From: an uncultured candidate division Zixibacteria bacterium
GTDB taxonomy: Bacteria; Zixibacteria; MSB-5A5; GN15; FEB-12
Reading direction: 5' to 3'
DNA: 64,000 bases
NCBI GenBank assembly: GCA_963735035.1
Contig: CAVTJJ010000003.1
Span: 140,489-204,488 of the forward strand
Of this stretch, positions 47,733 to 58,289 are shown in pieces. Position numbers and translations under genes: made by a program. The notes under the pieces were generated by a model. That model was not told the DNA's origin. It was given only the letters and a program-made list of their open reading frames with translations, and did no database searches. Position 1 is the stretch's first letter; each line of letters begins with the position of its first letter.

Positions 47733-50700
47733 ATGAAGGGGGTTCGTGTGAAAGTAGCAAGTTTCCGAACGACCGTACTGGTCGTAGTGCTGTCAGGGCT
47801 GCCGACCGGCTTGACTTGGGCGGCCACAAATACTCGCGCCGACATTGCTGACGGTAAGCAGCTTGACAAGATCAACAGTTTCAATATCGGCCCGTATCAA
47901 ACCGAACATCGTTCGGCTTATTCGAATCTGGAGTTCCCCACAGTCACACAGGCTGGATCCCGGCGTTCCTCGGTCGGTTCGGCACAGTCGCCGAATGCGG
48001 GCATAGGCGTCGGAGTCAGCGTCGACCTAACCTGGGATGACGCCCAGTGGAACTGGGGCGCAGGCCGCCGGATTGATCACTGGTGGAATGGTGCGATGGA
48101 CGAAACAATGGAAGCGAGCGTACACTTTGCCTACACGGATATGCCAGACTCCGTCACAGGCTATCCGTATTCCACTACTGGTTACAACGTATACGACGCC
48201 GTCGTGACATCGGGTAACTGGCCGCGTGGACAGGACATTGGATGCGATCTGCAGGCGGCTGACACTATGGGCGCCGCCAGCAGTGTGAGCTTAGCCATTA
48301 CTGCCAACGGCCGCGCAGTCATAAGTTCGCTGGCCCAGCATTTCCGCAGTTATCCCAGTGGCACGCGCCTGTATGACAACTTCATCTACTATCAGGGTGC
48401 GGAGTTCAACTGCACCTATGACCCGCGCTCCAACCTGAATGTCACCTGGGTTGATTCCACGGTCTACCGGCCACTCATGATGCAGAACACTTACGGTACT
48501 TACTCCCGCGACCCTCAGGTGGCGACACAATGGGACGGCACCAATACGATCGTTCACCTCTTGCTCGGCGAGAGATCAGCCTCTTCTACCGACTTGTCCG
48601 GTGACGATTACGTCACGGGTCTGGGGTACTACACCTGGACTTACTTCCGCAAGGTGGGAAGTACTTCTGCCGGCACATGGAGTTCCGGTAAGATTATCGA
48701 TTCGATCTGGTTTCCGTGGACAGAAATTGCGGCCGCACCGTACCCAAATTCGGGTGTGGCAGTCGTTTACACCAACCCGTCGTACTATGGGGCACTGCTG
48801 GATAACGGCTATGATTTGGATGTCTGGTGTCGTGAATCATACGACCGAGGTGTGACTTGGTACGCCGCTTACAGTGTAACTGACTACCAGAACGCCATTG
48901 CAGGCCACCCAAATCATTTTACGGCCTGGCTGGAAGCGGGCTGCATGTTCGACAGCGAAGGCGATTTGCACGTCTACTGGACCGCCAAGCCGACTTCGGC
49001 CGACCCATATTTCGACGGCTACGACTGGCAGGGATTTGACCAGAATCTGTACCATTGGGAGAAGACTAACGATGGTGGGACACCAGGCCTGGGTGACGCT
49101 ATCAAAGTAGCCAACGGCACTTTCATGGATTACGACATGCTGACCGGCTCGATGAATACCTACGTGTGCGGCTTTGGCGGTGACAACGTTGGATACCTGG
49201 GCTGGATCACTATGGGTGAATGCGACAACAAGTTGTATTTGGTTTGGTCGCAAATCCATGAGCGCGCCAACCGGTTCCCCTGGCGGGACGCCTCGACTCA
49301 ACCTGCGCCGGGGGTACTGGACGATTGCTCTTACTCCGGCAATCGGATGGCGATGGCCAACTGGGAACTGATGATGTCCGTGGCAAGTATGTCGTCTTCC
49401 ACGCTCTGGGACAACGCGCGTAATATAACGAATACTTATACGCCGAACTGTGGTCTGGCGGGTGACCCCGAAGCAGAGCGGCTTTGTGGCTCGGAATGGA
49501 AACCGTCGCTGGAGCGCCAGGCTCTCGACGAAACCGGCCTTTCCCTTACCTGGCCGGCCGCGTCCGTTGTCGACCTGACACCGGAGGGTCAACCGGCTTA
49601 CGCCGGCGGCCGCTATCTGAATATGGAATACATGGACGACCAGTTCCCCGGCCCGGCTTTCTGGGGCAGCCAGACCAATCCGCCCGGCACTGAGAACTCG
49701 ATGAAATGGATACGTCTGGCCTGCGTCGAACCGATCGAGGCCTCTCAGATCGCCGTGTACCCTGAGTCTATCGAATGGCCCGAGTGGGTGGAATTGGGGA
49801 CGTCCAAGAATTTCACAATCACGGTTGTGAATAACGGCAACGTCACATTGAATGTAGTTGAGATCGGCACTGCGGGCGGTTCCTGGCTCGATGTGTCGCA
49901 GCATCCGACCCTAGGAAGCCCATTTACGGTTACCTCCGGCGTTGTCCGGACGCGGACGTTTGATCTGATAGTCAATGCTGCCGCTCTGTCACAGAATCAG
50001 TGGCTGGACGGCCAGATCTGGTTGAAATCCGATGCTGCTAATATCGATTCGATGCCGCTTCTTGTCCACGTCCTGGCCGCGGCTAATGTTGAGAATATCC
50101 GATGGGACACGGTCACCACTCACCAGAATATGTTTGACCCGTTCTTTGAGCCCGTGGGCGCTTGTGTCGCCCTGGCCGTCGGTAATAACGGCGAGTTTGG
50201 CTGGGGCGCCGGCTCCAGCGGCCGAGTCAACCTGGATTACAGCGAATCGGGGCTAGAATGCGGCACGAGAGAACGAGACGCTTTCTACCTGGCAAGCGCC
50301 ACGCCGTTTACGATTATGGCGACGAACTCATCCGGCACCGGATCGGAACTGACACAGGTCACTAACGATCCCAACCAGGCCGATGAAACCGGTTTCGATC
50401 CCACCCCGTATATGACCATAACCGGGGGCCAGACTGCAAGCGGAAAGTATGACTCCGTTTACACCGGCAAGTTCGTCAATCGTGACACGACTATCGCCAT
50501 GGAGCGAATCGTGTATGGCCCACGCTCGGCAACACCGCAATCCTCCACGCTAAACTTTGTGGTTGCCCTGACGAAAGTATATTCGGCCGACGGCGCTGCT
50601 CACAATCACGTTACGGTCGGCAATGTGTGCGATTGGGATGTACCGTCGGACAGTGCACCATACAATACAACCGGAATATCATCCGCCGGATTCCTTTATG

Positions 50701-52970
50701 TCCAGGGCACTGATACGGTTGGCCACACCGCCTGCCAGCAGAACGTGACCCGCTATGCGACCGAGGCGTTTGGCGGCGGATACACTAAGGCTCAGTACAA
50801 CGCTGATCAGTGTACAAATGATCCGAATGCATATTTCGGTGTCAATGCGGCGAGTCAGTTGATCATGGTGGACACGACGCATTATCGTAACGGCACGCCT
50901 CTCGTTCCGGCCCAGCCAAACCCCACGCTTTGGTGGGACATAACAAGTGTTCCAGGGTTGAACGCCGATGCGATGTCTCAGGATCAGGCACTATGGTTGA
51001 CGTACAAGCAGGATTACAATCTAATAGCGTCCGATACCCTCTACTACTGGACGGTACTGTCGACCGTCCGCAACGGCTCCCTAGCTGATCTCGAAAGTCA
51101 GGTGGCCTATGCCAAGACCTGGTACAGGGAAACTGTTCGTGGCTGTGAAATTGGCTGCTGCAATGAAAGGGTAGGCAACTCCAACGGTGATGGCGGCGAA
51201 ATGCCGACGATCGGTGACATCAGTGTAATGATCGATGCCAAGTTCATTACCAGTGCCTGCATTGAATCTGGCCTCGGCGCTAATATAAAATGTCTAGGTG
51301 AAGCGGATATGAACCTTTCGGGAGGCTCTAACCCAGCCTGTTGCGACATTACACTCGTAGACATCTCGATGTTGGTCGACGACTTGTTCCTCACGCGAGA
51401 GCCACCTTATGTAAGGAACTTATGCGCAAGTGACCAAATCAAACGTACCGAAGAAAGCCTTGCCAGGCCCTATTTGGGGGTCATTTCAATCGACGACGTC
51501 AGCAATCAGATCAGTCCTACGCAGTTGCGTGCCGGCTCCACTCATACGGTATCATTAAGGTATGATTTCAGAGGGCTTACCGGTCCATATCGCTGGCAAA
51601 CGTCAAACGCCTATGAAGTGTATTCGCCCGATGGCGCGGACTGGGTAGATCTCTTGAGAGGAGATGGTCCGCTTATGACCACTCTTGGACAGAACGTCGC
51701 AAGATTCCGAAAGTACTACACATCGACCGACAACGGTGTCCACTACACTCGGACCGCAGCAAACGGCGCAGTTCAGCCTGGCGGGAGCAGCAACTCCAAT
51801 AGCCGTGCAGCCTATTCAATCGTAGTTGTGGACGTTGACGGCACTGATGGTTTTGTCGGTGGTGTAAGCAACGGTATCGCCGTCACACTCGAATTCCAGA
51901 CGCGTTTGGCAGACGTAGGTCGGCACATGTGTATTGACACAACCAATTCTTGCGACATGGTGGCTTGGGAATGGGCATCAGCCTCTCAGGCTGACTACCC
52001 GCAATGGGACAACGGCCTGGGTGTCAGCGGCCCACGCTGCTTTGAATTGGTAGATTCCCTGCTGGCTCCGCTGGGAGACGCCGACATCACGCGGGAAGCC
52101 GAATGCGCTCATGTGGGAAACATTGGTTCTTCCGGAAACGATGGTGCCCGAGTATTCCCGTCAGGCGACGGGTCTTCGGGCGGAATTCGTACGCAGCTTG
52201 AGAACGTGCTTCTGGATAACGCGGGTGACGGCATTCACTTCAAGCTTCATGGGTATGTCAGCGAGCCGGGGAAATCGGAACTGAGCGGTATCACGACGCT
52301 CCAGGAAGTAGGCATGGCGGGAGTCACCAATGTCAACGGCCAGATTCAGATTACGGCCAATTTCAATCCGATCGGTGATCCCAACGTCGAGTTCCGAGCC
52401 TGGGTATTGGCCGCTAATCTCATGACGGGTCTCGCATCCGTGCCTGGCGGCGGCGTCATAGCGCAAGGGACGGCGGTATCAGGAAGCGCCAGCGTGGTTA
52501 ACGTATCGCAGTTGGCCAACAATCCACCTTCATTCTCAATCAGATTCGACCGGCCCGTGCAATTCACCCTGGCGACAAACCCGCCGGTGCAATTGGCGGG
52601 CGACGAAATTCACCTCGTCGCGACTAACGCCACCAGCTCCATAGCCGGTCTCGGTCCGGCCGATGTCACCGGCGAATACATAGGTTGGTTCGGAATGTGT
52701 GGTATCAAGACCGACGCTTGCTGTCTCGGTTTTGTCGGTAACGCCAACATGGATCCAACTGACGCCGTTACGATAGGTGACATTTCAGTCTTGATCGACA
52801 ACCTGTTCATCTCCGGCGTGCCTTTGAATTGTCTTGAAGAAGCCGACGTCAATAGATCCGGAACGCTGCTTGATCCACCTCTTGGTCCGGAGGATATTAC
52901 GATCGGCGACATTTCGATACTGATCGACCATCTGTTCGTTTCACAGTTGGCCGTATCCTTATGTCCATAG
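47733..52970 (+). CDS. Giant secreted protein (~1745 aa) with a BNR/Asp-box-containing N-terminal region and two Cys-flanked dockerin-like modules
   Basis: The start is ATG 47733, or in-frame GTG 47748 (GAAGGGGG lies 6 nt upstream). Signal peptide VLVVVLSGLPTGLTWA. Asp-box SYDRGVTW (~48835-48861). Dockerin-like modules at 51156-51424 and 52719-52967. Confidence 0.65.
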   Translation: MKGVRVKVASFRTTVLVVVLSGLPTGLTWAATNTRADIADGKQLDKINSFNIGPYQTEHRSAYSNLEFPTVTQAGSRRSSVGSAQSPNAGIGVGVSVDLTWDDAQWNWGAGRRIDHWWNGAMDETMEASVHFAYTDMPDSVTGYPYSTTGYNVYDAVVTSGNWPRGQDIGCDLQAADTMGAASSVSLAITANGRAVISSLAQHFRSYPSGTRLYDNFIYYQGAEFNCTYDPRSNLNVTWVDSTVYRPLMMQNTYGTYSRDPQVATQWDGTNTIVHLLLGERSASSTDLSGDDYVTGLGYYTWTYFRKVGSTSAGTWSSGKIIDSIWFPWTEIAAAPYPNSGVAVVYTNPSYYGALLDNGYDLDVWCRESYDRGVTWYAAYSVTDYQNAIAGHPNHFTAWLEAGCMFDSEGDLHVYWTAKPTSADPYFDGYDWQGFDQNLYHWEKTNDGGTPGLGDAIKVANGTFMDYDMLTGSMNTYVCGFGGDNVGYLGWITMGECDNKLYLVWSQIHERANRFPWRDASTQPAPGVLDDCSYSGNRMAMANWELMMSVASMSSSTLWDNARNITNTYTPNCGLAGDPEAERLCGSEWKPSLERQALDETGLSLTWPAASVVDLTPEGQPAYAGGRYLNMEYMDDQFPGPAFWGSQTNPPGTENSMKWIRLACVEPIEASQIAVYPESIEWPEWVELGTSKNFTITVVNNGNVTLNVVEIGTAGGSWLDVSQHPTLGSPFTVTSGVVRTRTFDLIVNAAALSQNQWLDGQIWLKSDAANIDSMPLLVHVLAAANVENIRWDTVTTHQNMFDPFFEPVGACVALAVGNNGEFGWGAGSSGRVNLDYSESGLECGTRERDAFYLASATPFTIMATNSSGTGSELTQVTNDPNQADETGFDPTPYMTITGGQTASGKYDSVYTGKFVNRDTTIAMERIVYGPRSATPQSSTLNFVVALTKVYSADGAAHNHVTVGNVCDWDVPSDSAPYNTTGISSAGFLYVQGTDTVGHTACQQNVTRYATEAFGGGYTKAQYNADQCTNDPNAYFGVNAASQLIMVDTTHYRNGTPLVPAQPNPTLWWDITSVPGLNADAMSQDQALWLTYKQDYNLIASDTLYYWTVLSTVRNGSLADLESQVAYAKTWYRETVRGCEIGCCNERVGNSNGDGGEMPTIGDISVMIDAKFITSACIESGLGANIKCLGEADMNLSGGSNPACCDITLVDISMLVDDLFLTREPPYVRNLCASDQIKRTEESLARPYLGVISIDDVSNQISPTQLRAGSTHTVSLRYDFRGLTGPYRWQTSNAYEVYSPDGADWVDLLRGDGPLMTTLGQNVARFRKYYTSTDNGVHYTRTAANGAVQPGGSSNSNSRAAYSIVVVDVDGTDGFVGGVSNGIAVTLEFQTRLADVGRHMCIDTTNSCDMVAWEWASASQADYPQWDNGLGVSGPRCFELVDSLLAPLGDADITREAECAHVGNIGSSGNDGARVFPSGDGSSGGIRTQLENVLLDNAGDGIHFKLHGYVSEPGKSELSGITTLQEVGMAGVTNVNGQIQITANFNPIGDPNVEFRAWVLAANLMTGLASVPGGGVIAQGTAVSGSASVVNVSQLANNPPSFSIRFDRPVQFTLATNPPVQLAGDEIHLVATNATSSIAGLGPADVTGEYIGWFGMCGIKTDACCLGFVGNANMDPTDAVTIGDISVLIDNLFISGVPLNCLEEADVNRSGTLLDPPLGPEDITIGDISILIDHLFVSQLAVSLCP

Positions 52971-53000
52971 AACCAGGTAGGAATAGCTGTTAGACTGATC

Positions 53001-53032
53001 GGCCGCCTCGTGTGATTCACGGGGCGGCCTTT
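53001..53032 (+). terminator. Rho-independent terminator of the giant gene
   Basis: GGCCGCCTCG TGTGATTCA CGGGGCGGCC followed by TTTGATT. Confidence 0.6.
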
Positions 53033-53034
53033 GA

Positions 53035-54432
53035 TTATTGACGACTGCTGAGGCGGGCGAGTCCGTCTAACGCCGCGACTTTATACGCTTCAGCCAGAGT
53101 GGGATAATTGAAGACAGTCTCTATGAAATAGTCGAGATTGCCGCCCAGAGACATCACTGCCTGACCGATATGAATCAGCTCGGTAGCCCGTTCACCAATA
53201 ATATGCACGCCGAGAATCCTTTTGGTGCCGGGTTCGAAAAGAATTTTCAGCATGCCGTCATGATCGTTAATAATCTGGCCTCGTGCCAGTTCATAGTAGC
53301 GAGCGGTACCGACCGCATAGTCCTGGCCGGCGGCGGCCAGCGCCTGTTCGGTCTCCCCTACGATTGAGACTGCTGGAATGGTGTAGATACCAAACGGAAG
53401 CAGACTGTTCAGGCATGAGATGTCCCCCTTGCTGAAAGCATGCCGTGCCGCCAGACGACCCTGATCCATCGAGACCGACGCGAGCGACGGGAACCCGATG
53501 ACGTCTCCCACAGCATAGATGTTTTCCACGGCGGTCTGGTACCATTCGTTGACTTTGATAAGCCCACGGCCGTCGGTTTCTATCCCGAGTGCCTCCAGCC
53601 CCAATCCCTCGACGTTGCCGCATCGGCCGACTGCGAAGAGCAGGCGATCCGAGACGATCCGTCGTCCGGTGCGCAGCACCGTGACTGTTTGATCGTTTTC
53701 CACCGAGATCTTGTCGGCCTGCTCATTCAGGACCAGCGACACCCCATACTTGCGCATCAAGAACGAAAGGGCCTGGGCGATCTCATTGTCCAAGAACGGC
53801 AGAAGACGATCGCGGCTGTCGATAATCGTCACCTGAATCCCGAGATGCGAAAAGATCGAGGCATATTCACAGCCTACGACTCCGCCCCCGATAACGGTCA
53901 GCGAACGCGGGATGATGTCCAGGTCGAGAATCGTTTCGGCGTCGTACACATACTTGCCGTCGAAATTGATATTATCCGGTCGAAATGAACGAGTCCCAGT
54001 GGCTATGATGATCTTGTTTGCCTTGAGCAGCGGCGCGGAATCCTGACCTATGACCTGCACCGTCTGCGGATCGACAATCCGGCCATCACCGTAGATAACC
54101 TCGATTCCCAACCGCGTCATGCTTTGCTGGATGATTTCAAGCTCTTCCCGGATGACCTGATCTTTGCGGTACATAAGTTCCCGGGGCGTGACGTTCAGAT
54201 TAGCCGGCGGCAGGAAGTTATAGACCGAACGCTGGCGCAGACCGGCGATATAGACAACCGTTTCGCGCAGGGTCTTGGACGGAATCGTGCCGGTATGGAG
54301 GCAAACGCCTCCCTGGACGGAGCGACGTTCCACAAGGGCTACGCTCTTGTGCAGTTTGGCGGCTTCGTTCGCGGCTTTCTCACCGGCCGGGCCGGAGCCT
54401 ATGATGACCAGATCGTATTCTTTGTGCGCCAT
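53035..54432 (-). CDS. sthA: Soluble pyridine nucleotide transhydrogenase (SthA/UdhA-like flavoprotein)
   Basis: 465 aa. DLVIIGSGPAGEKAA. GGVCLHTGTIPSK has a single Cys rather than the CxxxxC of lipoamide dehydrogenase. YAVGDVIGFPSLAS, GIYTIPAVS and FNYPTLAEAYKVAALDGL closely track E. coli SthA (from memory). Confidence 0.75.
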   Translation of the reverse strand: MAHKEYDLVIIGSGPAGEKAANEAAKLHKSVALVERRSVQGGVCLHTGTIPSKTLRETVVYIAGLRQRSVYNFLPPANLNVTPRELMYRKDQVIREELEIIQQSMTRLGIEVIYGDGRIVDPQTVQVIGQDSAPLLKANKIIIATGTRSFRPDNINFDGKYVYDAETILDLDIIPRSLTVIGGGVVGCEYASIFSHLGIQVTIIDSRDRLLPFLDNEIAQALSFLMRKYGVSLVLNEQADKISVENDQTVTVLRTGRRIVSDRLLFAVGRCGNVEGLGLEALGIETDGRGLIKVNEWYQTAVENIYAVGDVIGFPSLASVSMDQGRLAARHAFSKGDISCLNSLLPFGIYTIPAVSIVGETEQALAAAGQDYAVGTARYYELARGQIINDHDGMLKILFEPGTKRILGVHIIGERATELIHIGQAVMSLGGNLDYFIETVFNYPTLAEAYKVAALDGLARLSSRQ

Positions 54433-54468
54433 ATAAGTAATCCTACGCGACCAATTCGCAAATAAGAC

Positions 54469-55554
54469 TTACACTGAGCCTGCGTCGCTTATATCGACCG
54501 GTGCTCCGGTCGCTACCGCCGTTCCGGTGCCCGGCTGTTTCAGTCTCTCGACCTGAAGCCGAATCTGATCCAGCTCCAGTTTCGCTTTGTCAAACGCCGC
54601 AGTCAGAGTTCGCAGAGAACTTTCCATCCGAGTGTGCAACCGGGCCAGTTGCTCGGAAGTTTCAAAGAGCTGGTCGATTCCGGCGCGGAGCTGCCGACCG
54701 CTTTCGCTCATTTCGAGGCTGCTTGCGGAAATTTCCGAATGCAAGGCGGCCACGGTAGCGAGAAAAGCATATAGATGTCCGGGCGAACTCGGAATGACCC
54801 GTTTCGACAGCGCGTACTCGAAACCATCCTGATAGAGCTGCGAGATCAACTGATAGTAAATCGCTTCCGCCGGTATGTACATGACCGCGAAATCGAGCGT
54901 ATGATCAGTCGGACGGATATACTTGGCTGCGATGTCGTCGATGTGTTTGCGCAACGACTGCGAGAAGAGCTTTTGTAATGCGGCGTTGTCGGGCTCTTTC
55001 TGAAGGCGTTCGAAAGCTTCCAGCGGAAACTTAGCATCGATAGGCAAGAGGCGATCTGACAGCCTTACGACGGCATCGACTCGGAGCCCGTCGGCAAAAC
55101 GATATTGTGTCTCGTACACCGCCGGCGGCAAAATCTGGCCGAGGATATTTTCCAAGAGCAGTTCTCCTACCGCGCCCCGCAGTTGCGGCGGTCGCAGCAG
55201 GTCGGACAGCGACTGGATGTTCTTGCCGATGGCTTCGATATTTCCCGCCTGCATGGAAAGCTTGCCCAGTTGCCCTTCGAGCTCTCCCAACACCGCCATA
55301 CGGCGATCAAGACTAGAGGTGCCCTCGGCGAGCCGATCATTGATTATGCGATTGGCGGCGTCGACCGAATCGCGTAACGCAAAGATCGATTCAGTCTGCC
55401 GCGAAATGAGATCAGCCTTCAGCAAGGCCATGGTGGATTCGATGCGTTCGGTGACCCGATCGGAATTTTCGGGTCGAATCCGAATGGCTATCCAGAACAG
55501 TACAAGAAGAATACAAAAACCGAGGATGAACAGAACGGAGGTCGGTATTTCCAC
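54469..55554 (-). CDS. rmuC: DNA recombination protein RmuC
   Basis: 361 aa. N-terminal TM helix, coiled coil, RGAVGELLLENIL, and VMYIPAEAIY. Confidence 0.8.
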   Translation of the reverse strand: MEIPTSVLFILGFCILLVLFWIAIRIRPENSDRVTERIESTMALLKADLISRQTESIFALRDSVDAANRIINDRLAEGTSSLDRRMAVLGELEGQLGKLSMQAGNIEAIGKNIQSLSDLLRPPQLRGAVGELLLENILGQILPPAVYETQYRFADGLRVDAVVRLSDRLLPIDAKFPLEAFERLQKEPDNAALQKLFSQSLRKHIDDIAAKYIRPTDHTLDFAVMYIPAEAIYYQLISQLYQDGFEYALSKRVIPSSPGHLYAFLATVAALHSEISASSLEMSESGRQLRAGIDQLFETSEQLARLHTRMESSLRTLTAAFDKAKLELDQIRLQVERLKQPGTGTAVATGAPVDISDAGSV

Positions 55555-55567
55555 GCCGCGCCCTCGC

Positions 55568-57160
55568 TCACATCGGCAGCATGCGGTACTGCCCCTTCTG
55601 AGGAAGAATCCCGTTGAAAGCCGTCTTGCGGAACCGCACGGTCACCTTCTTTTGACCGGCGTCGAAGTATCCCTCCGACGGTGAAATACCGCAGATGTAC
55701 TTGGCCAGGAGAAGGTTCGTGGCGTAATCGTACAGACCGGCCTCATTCTGATCGAAGCGAAGGCCAAAACGGTATCCCTGGAATTTCTGCTTATCACCGT
55801 ATTGGTTTTCGAACAACATCGAAACCTGTCCCTTAAGACCGTCGACCAACCCGAAAACCAGATTACCCTGGCAGAGCGTGTCCTTGGGATCCGCCGCAAA
55901 TTCAAACGCGAGCCAGTCACCGTCATCGTATACAACTTCCCGACCGTCTTTGATCAGGGTCTGTTTACGATCTCCAACGCCCGCCAGAGCCATCTCGCTC
56001 TGTTGCTCGTACTTCGTCAGGTATGCCTCGAACTCGGTCTTCAGTGCTTGCCAGTCTGCTACTTTTGTAACCGCCAGGATTTCAGCTTGAATATCGGGCG
56101 TGGTAAGCCCGTTCAGGCGGTCGAAGGGACCGGAAAGCCGACGATACAAATCGAGACAGCCGTCCATGCCGAGCTTGTCTTCAATGAAGGAATTAAATAG
56201 CCCGGCCACCGGATAAGCGATATCAGCTCCCGAGGCGGTATCGAAACCGCGCATCGTAAAGATCGAATCCATGACGACCAGCGAATCCCTATAGAGAAAA
56301 ACCGCCAGGTCCATGAGCGGGGCTGGACCTTTTCCCCAGCGACCGGCCAGACTCGTAGCCAGACCTTCACGAAGGAACGGTAGAGTGTAGAGCGGCAGCT
56401 CCTGAAGACGAATGTTTATCAACAAATGGGTCAGTTCGTGGAAGTGCGGAAAATCGGAAGAAATAACGTCATTGGAAGCAAGGTCCAGCGTGCCCACCAC
56501 CCGGAACCCGGTCAGTTGCTCAACGACACTATCCGAAGGACAAAGAAAGTACTCAATCTTTGAAGCGGCGATTTGCTGCAAGAGCGAATCCGATATTCCT
56601 AATCTCTTAGCGGTCTGTTCTATGAAACGGTCGGCCTCAGCCAGAGAGACCGGATTCACGAATTTCCGGGCATCCTGATGAGCCCGAACCCGGAAATAGC
56701 GAGATTCCGTGATCGGCCACGAGGCGGCATAGAAGTCCTGCGGAAAGCTGAACCAGAGCCAGTCACCTCTACGCTGCAGATAGTAATTGTACTTCATCAA
56801 AGTGCTGCCGTATACGTCGGCGTACTCCAGACGATACCAGGCAGTTGAATCGAGGTCCTCGTACTTGCGGATGGATGCGGCGAGGTTGGGCTTGGCCTGA
56901 TCGGGCATACGAATGATGGGCGAATTACAGTCGGCCTTGATGCTGATATCGGTATAGTGAATGCCGAACCGGGATGAACGCTCAATGGCTTCGGGAGTCC
57001 ACATATCTCCGGCGATGTCGTAGCTCCCGCTTGTGATAAGATCGAAATACTCGGATATGACCGGAATCGCGTCGCGGTAAGACTCATCGGCGGCCCCGGC
57101 GGTCACGGCTGCGGCGAGCCCGAAAGCGATCACGAAACCGAGTTGCTGCAATCTTGACAT
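55568..57160 (-). CDS. Secreted hypothetical protein with an HExxH motif (possible zinc metallopeptidase)
   Basis: 530 aa. Signal peptide (AAVTAGAADE). FPHFHELTHLLINI contains HELTH. No other family signature recognised. Confidence 0.35.
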   Translation of the reverse strand: MSRLQQLGFVIAFGLAAAVTAGAADESYRDAIPVISEYFDLITSGSYDIAGDMWTPEAIERSSRFGIHYTDISIKADCNSPIIRMPDQAKPNLAASIRKYEDLDSTAWYRLEYADVYGSTLMKYNYYLQRRGDWLWFSFPQDFYAASWPITESRYFRVRAHQDARKFVNPVSLAEADRFIEQTAKRLGISDSLLQQIAASKIEYFLCPSDSVVEQLTGFRVVGTLDLASNDVISSDFPHFHELTHLLINIRLQELPLYTLPFLREGLATSLAGRWGKGPAPLMDLAVFLYRDSLVVMDSIFTMRGFDTASGADIAYPVAGLFNSFIEDKLGMDGCLDLYRRLSGPFDRLNGLTTPDIQAEILAVTKVADWQALKTEFEAYLTKYEQQSEMALAGVGDRKQTLIKDGREVVYDDGDWLAFEFAADPKDTLCQGNLVFGLVDGLKGQVSMLFENQYGDKQKFQGYRFGLRFDQNEAGLYDYATNLLLAKYICGISPSEGYFDAGQKKVTVRFRKTAFNGILPQKGQYRMLPM

Positions 57161-57231
57161 GACTGATTACCCTATAGTGAATCGTTGGCGCCTATAATAC
57201 AACTTTGTACCCATCCTGTCCACTACCGATC

Positions 57232-57260
57232 AAAAAAAAGCCCCGCGGAGCGGGGCTTTT
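57232..57260 (-). terminator. Rho-independent terminator after the PorV-like gene
   Basis: The minus strand reads AAAAGCCCCGCTCCGCGGGGC followed by T8. Confidence 0.75.
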
Positions 57261-57278
57261 GATTTCAATACCCGACGG

Positions 57279-58277
57279 TTAGAAAGTGAAACCGACCGAG
57301 AATCGCTGGGTCGATTCGAGCCGTCCGAAGTCCTGCCAGGCATAGTCGATGATCAGCTTGGTGTCCTCCCCCAGAGGGGCAATCACACCGCCACCCAGGG
57401 CCAGGCCCTGCTCTTCGTAGCGGAATTTGTAGCCGCCACGAAGGAAGAACCGATCGAGATAGCCGAATTCGGCACCCATAGCGCCCCGCTGCTGACCGTC
57501 GTTCGGGTCGTTCAATTCGGCCGCGAGCGTTAGAGCCGAGGAGTTCCCGAATTCGAAGTCATAGGCCATGCCTACCCGGAACGTGAGCGGCAGACTGTAG
57601 GGACGGGTGGATAATTCGCCCGTAATTGGGGCACTGGTCGTATCGCCGCTGTCGTCGTACCAACCGACTTTCAGGCTAGAGCCGGTGAACTTCAGGTCAG
57701 GCCCCATATTGCTGATCGACATACCGATCCGCAATGATCTGAAGCCGGTGTACAGCATGGTCCCGAAATCGAGTCCAAAACCGCTCGAGTTGACCTCGCC
57801 GATCTCCTCGCCCACATACTTGGCCGACATACCAAACGCAAACCGACTGGTCAACTGCCGGGCAAAAGACATCCCGATGGCGTACGAAGACACCCGGTAG
57901 CTGCTGCCGGTGCCCTCCTGCTGGGCGATCGTCGTGATCTCCTGATCTTTGGCCGAGAGAATTGCGACCGAAGTGCCGAACACACCCACGTCTTCGAAGG
58001 AATGGGCTACGGCGACATAGTTCATTTGAATATCCAGAAGCCAGTCGATGTTGGTGAAGACTAGCGACCAGTTGTCGACTCCGACCAGCCCGGCCGGATT
58101 CCAGTACGCGGCATAGGCGTCGGTCGCAGTCACAACTCCGATGTCGGCCATTCCGAGATACTTCGAACCCATGCCGATCTTGAGAAACTGCGCTCCGGCG
58201 GAGCCACCGCTGTTACTGGCGGCTATCACCGATCCGGCCAGCATCACACATATCAGAAGGCTAATTAGGGTTTTCAC
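57279..58277 (-). CDS. PorV/PorQ family outer-membrane beta-barrel protein (T9SS-associated)
   Basis: 332 aa. Signal peptide, GAQFLKIGMGSKYLGMADIGVVTATDAYAAYWNPAGL (the family N-terminal signature as I recall it), and a C-terminal ...FSVGFTF. Confidence 0.55.
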   Translation of the reverse strand: MKTLISLLICVMLAGSVIAASNSGGSAGAQFLKIGMGSKYLGMADIGVVTATDAYAAYWNPAGLVGVDNWSLVFTNIDWLLDIQMNYVAVAHSFEDVGVFGTSVAILSAKDQEITTIAQQEGTGSSYRVSSYAIGMSFARQLTSRFAFGMSAKYVGEEIGEVNSSGFGLDFGTMLYTGFRSLRIGMSISNMGPDLKFTGSSLKVGWYDDSGDTTSAPITGELSTRPYSLPLTFRVGMAYDFEFGNSSALTLAAELNDPNDGQQRGAMGAEFGYLDRFFLRGGYKFRYEEQGLALGGGVIAPLGEDTKLIIDYAWQDFGRLESTQRFSVGFTF

Positions 58278-58289
58278 ACCGTGCCTCCT

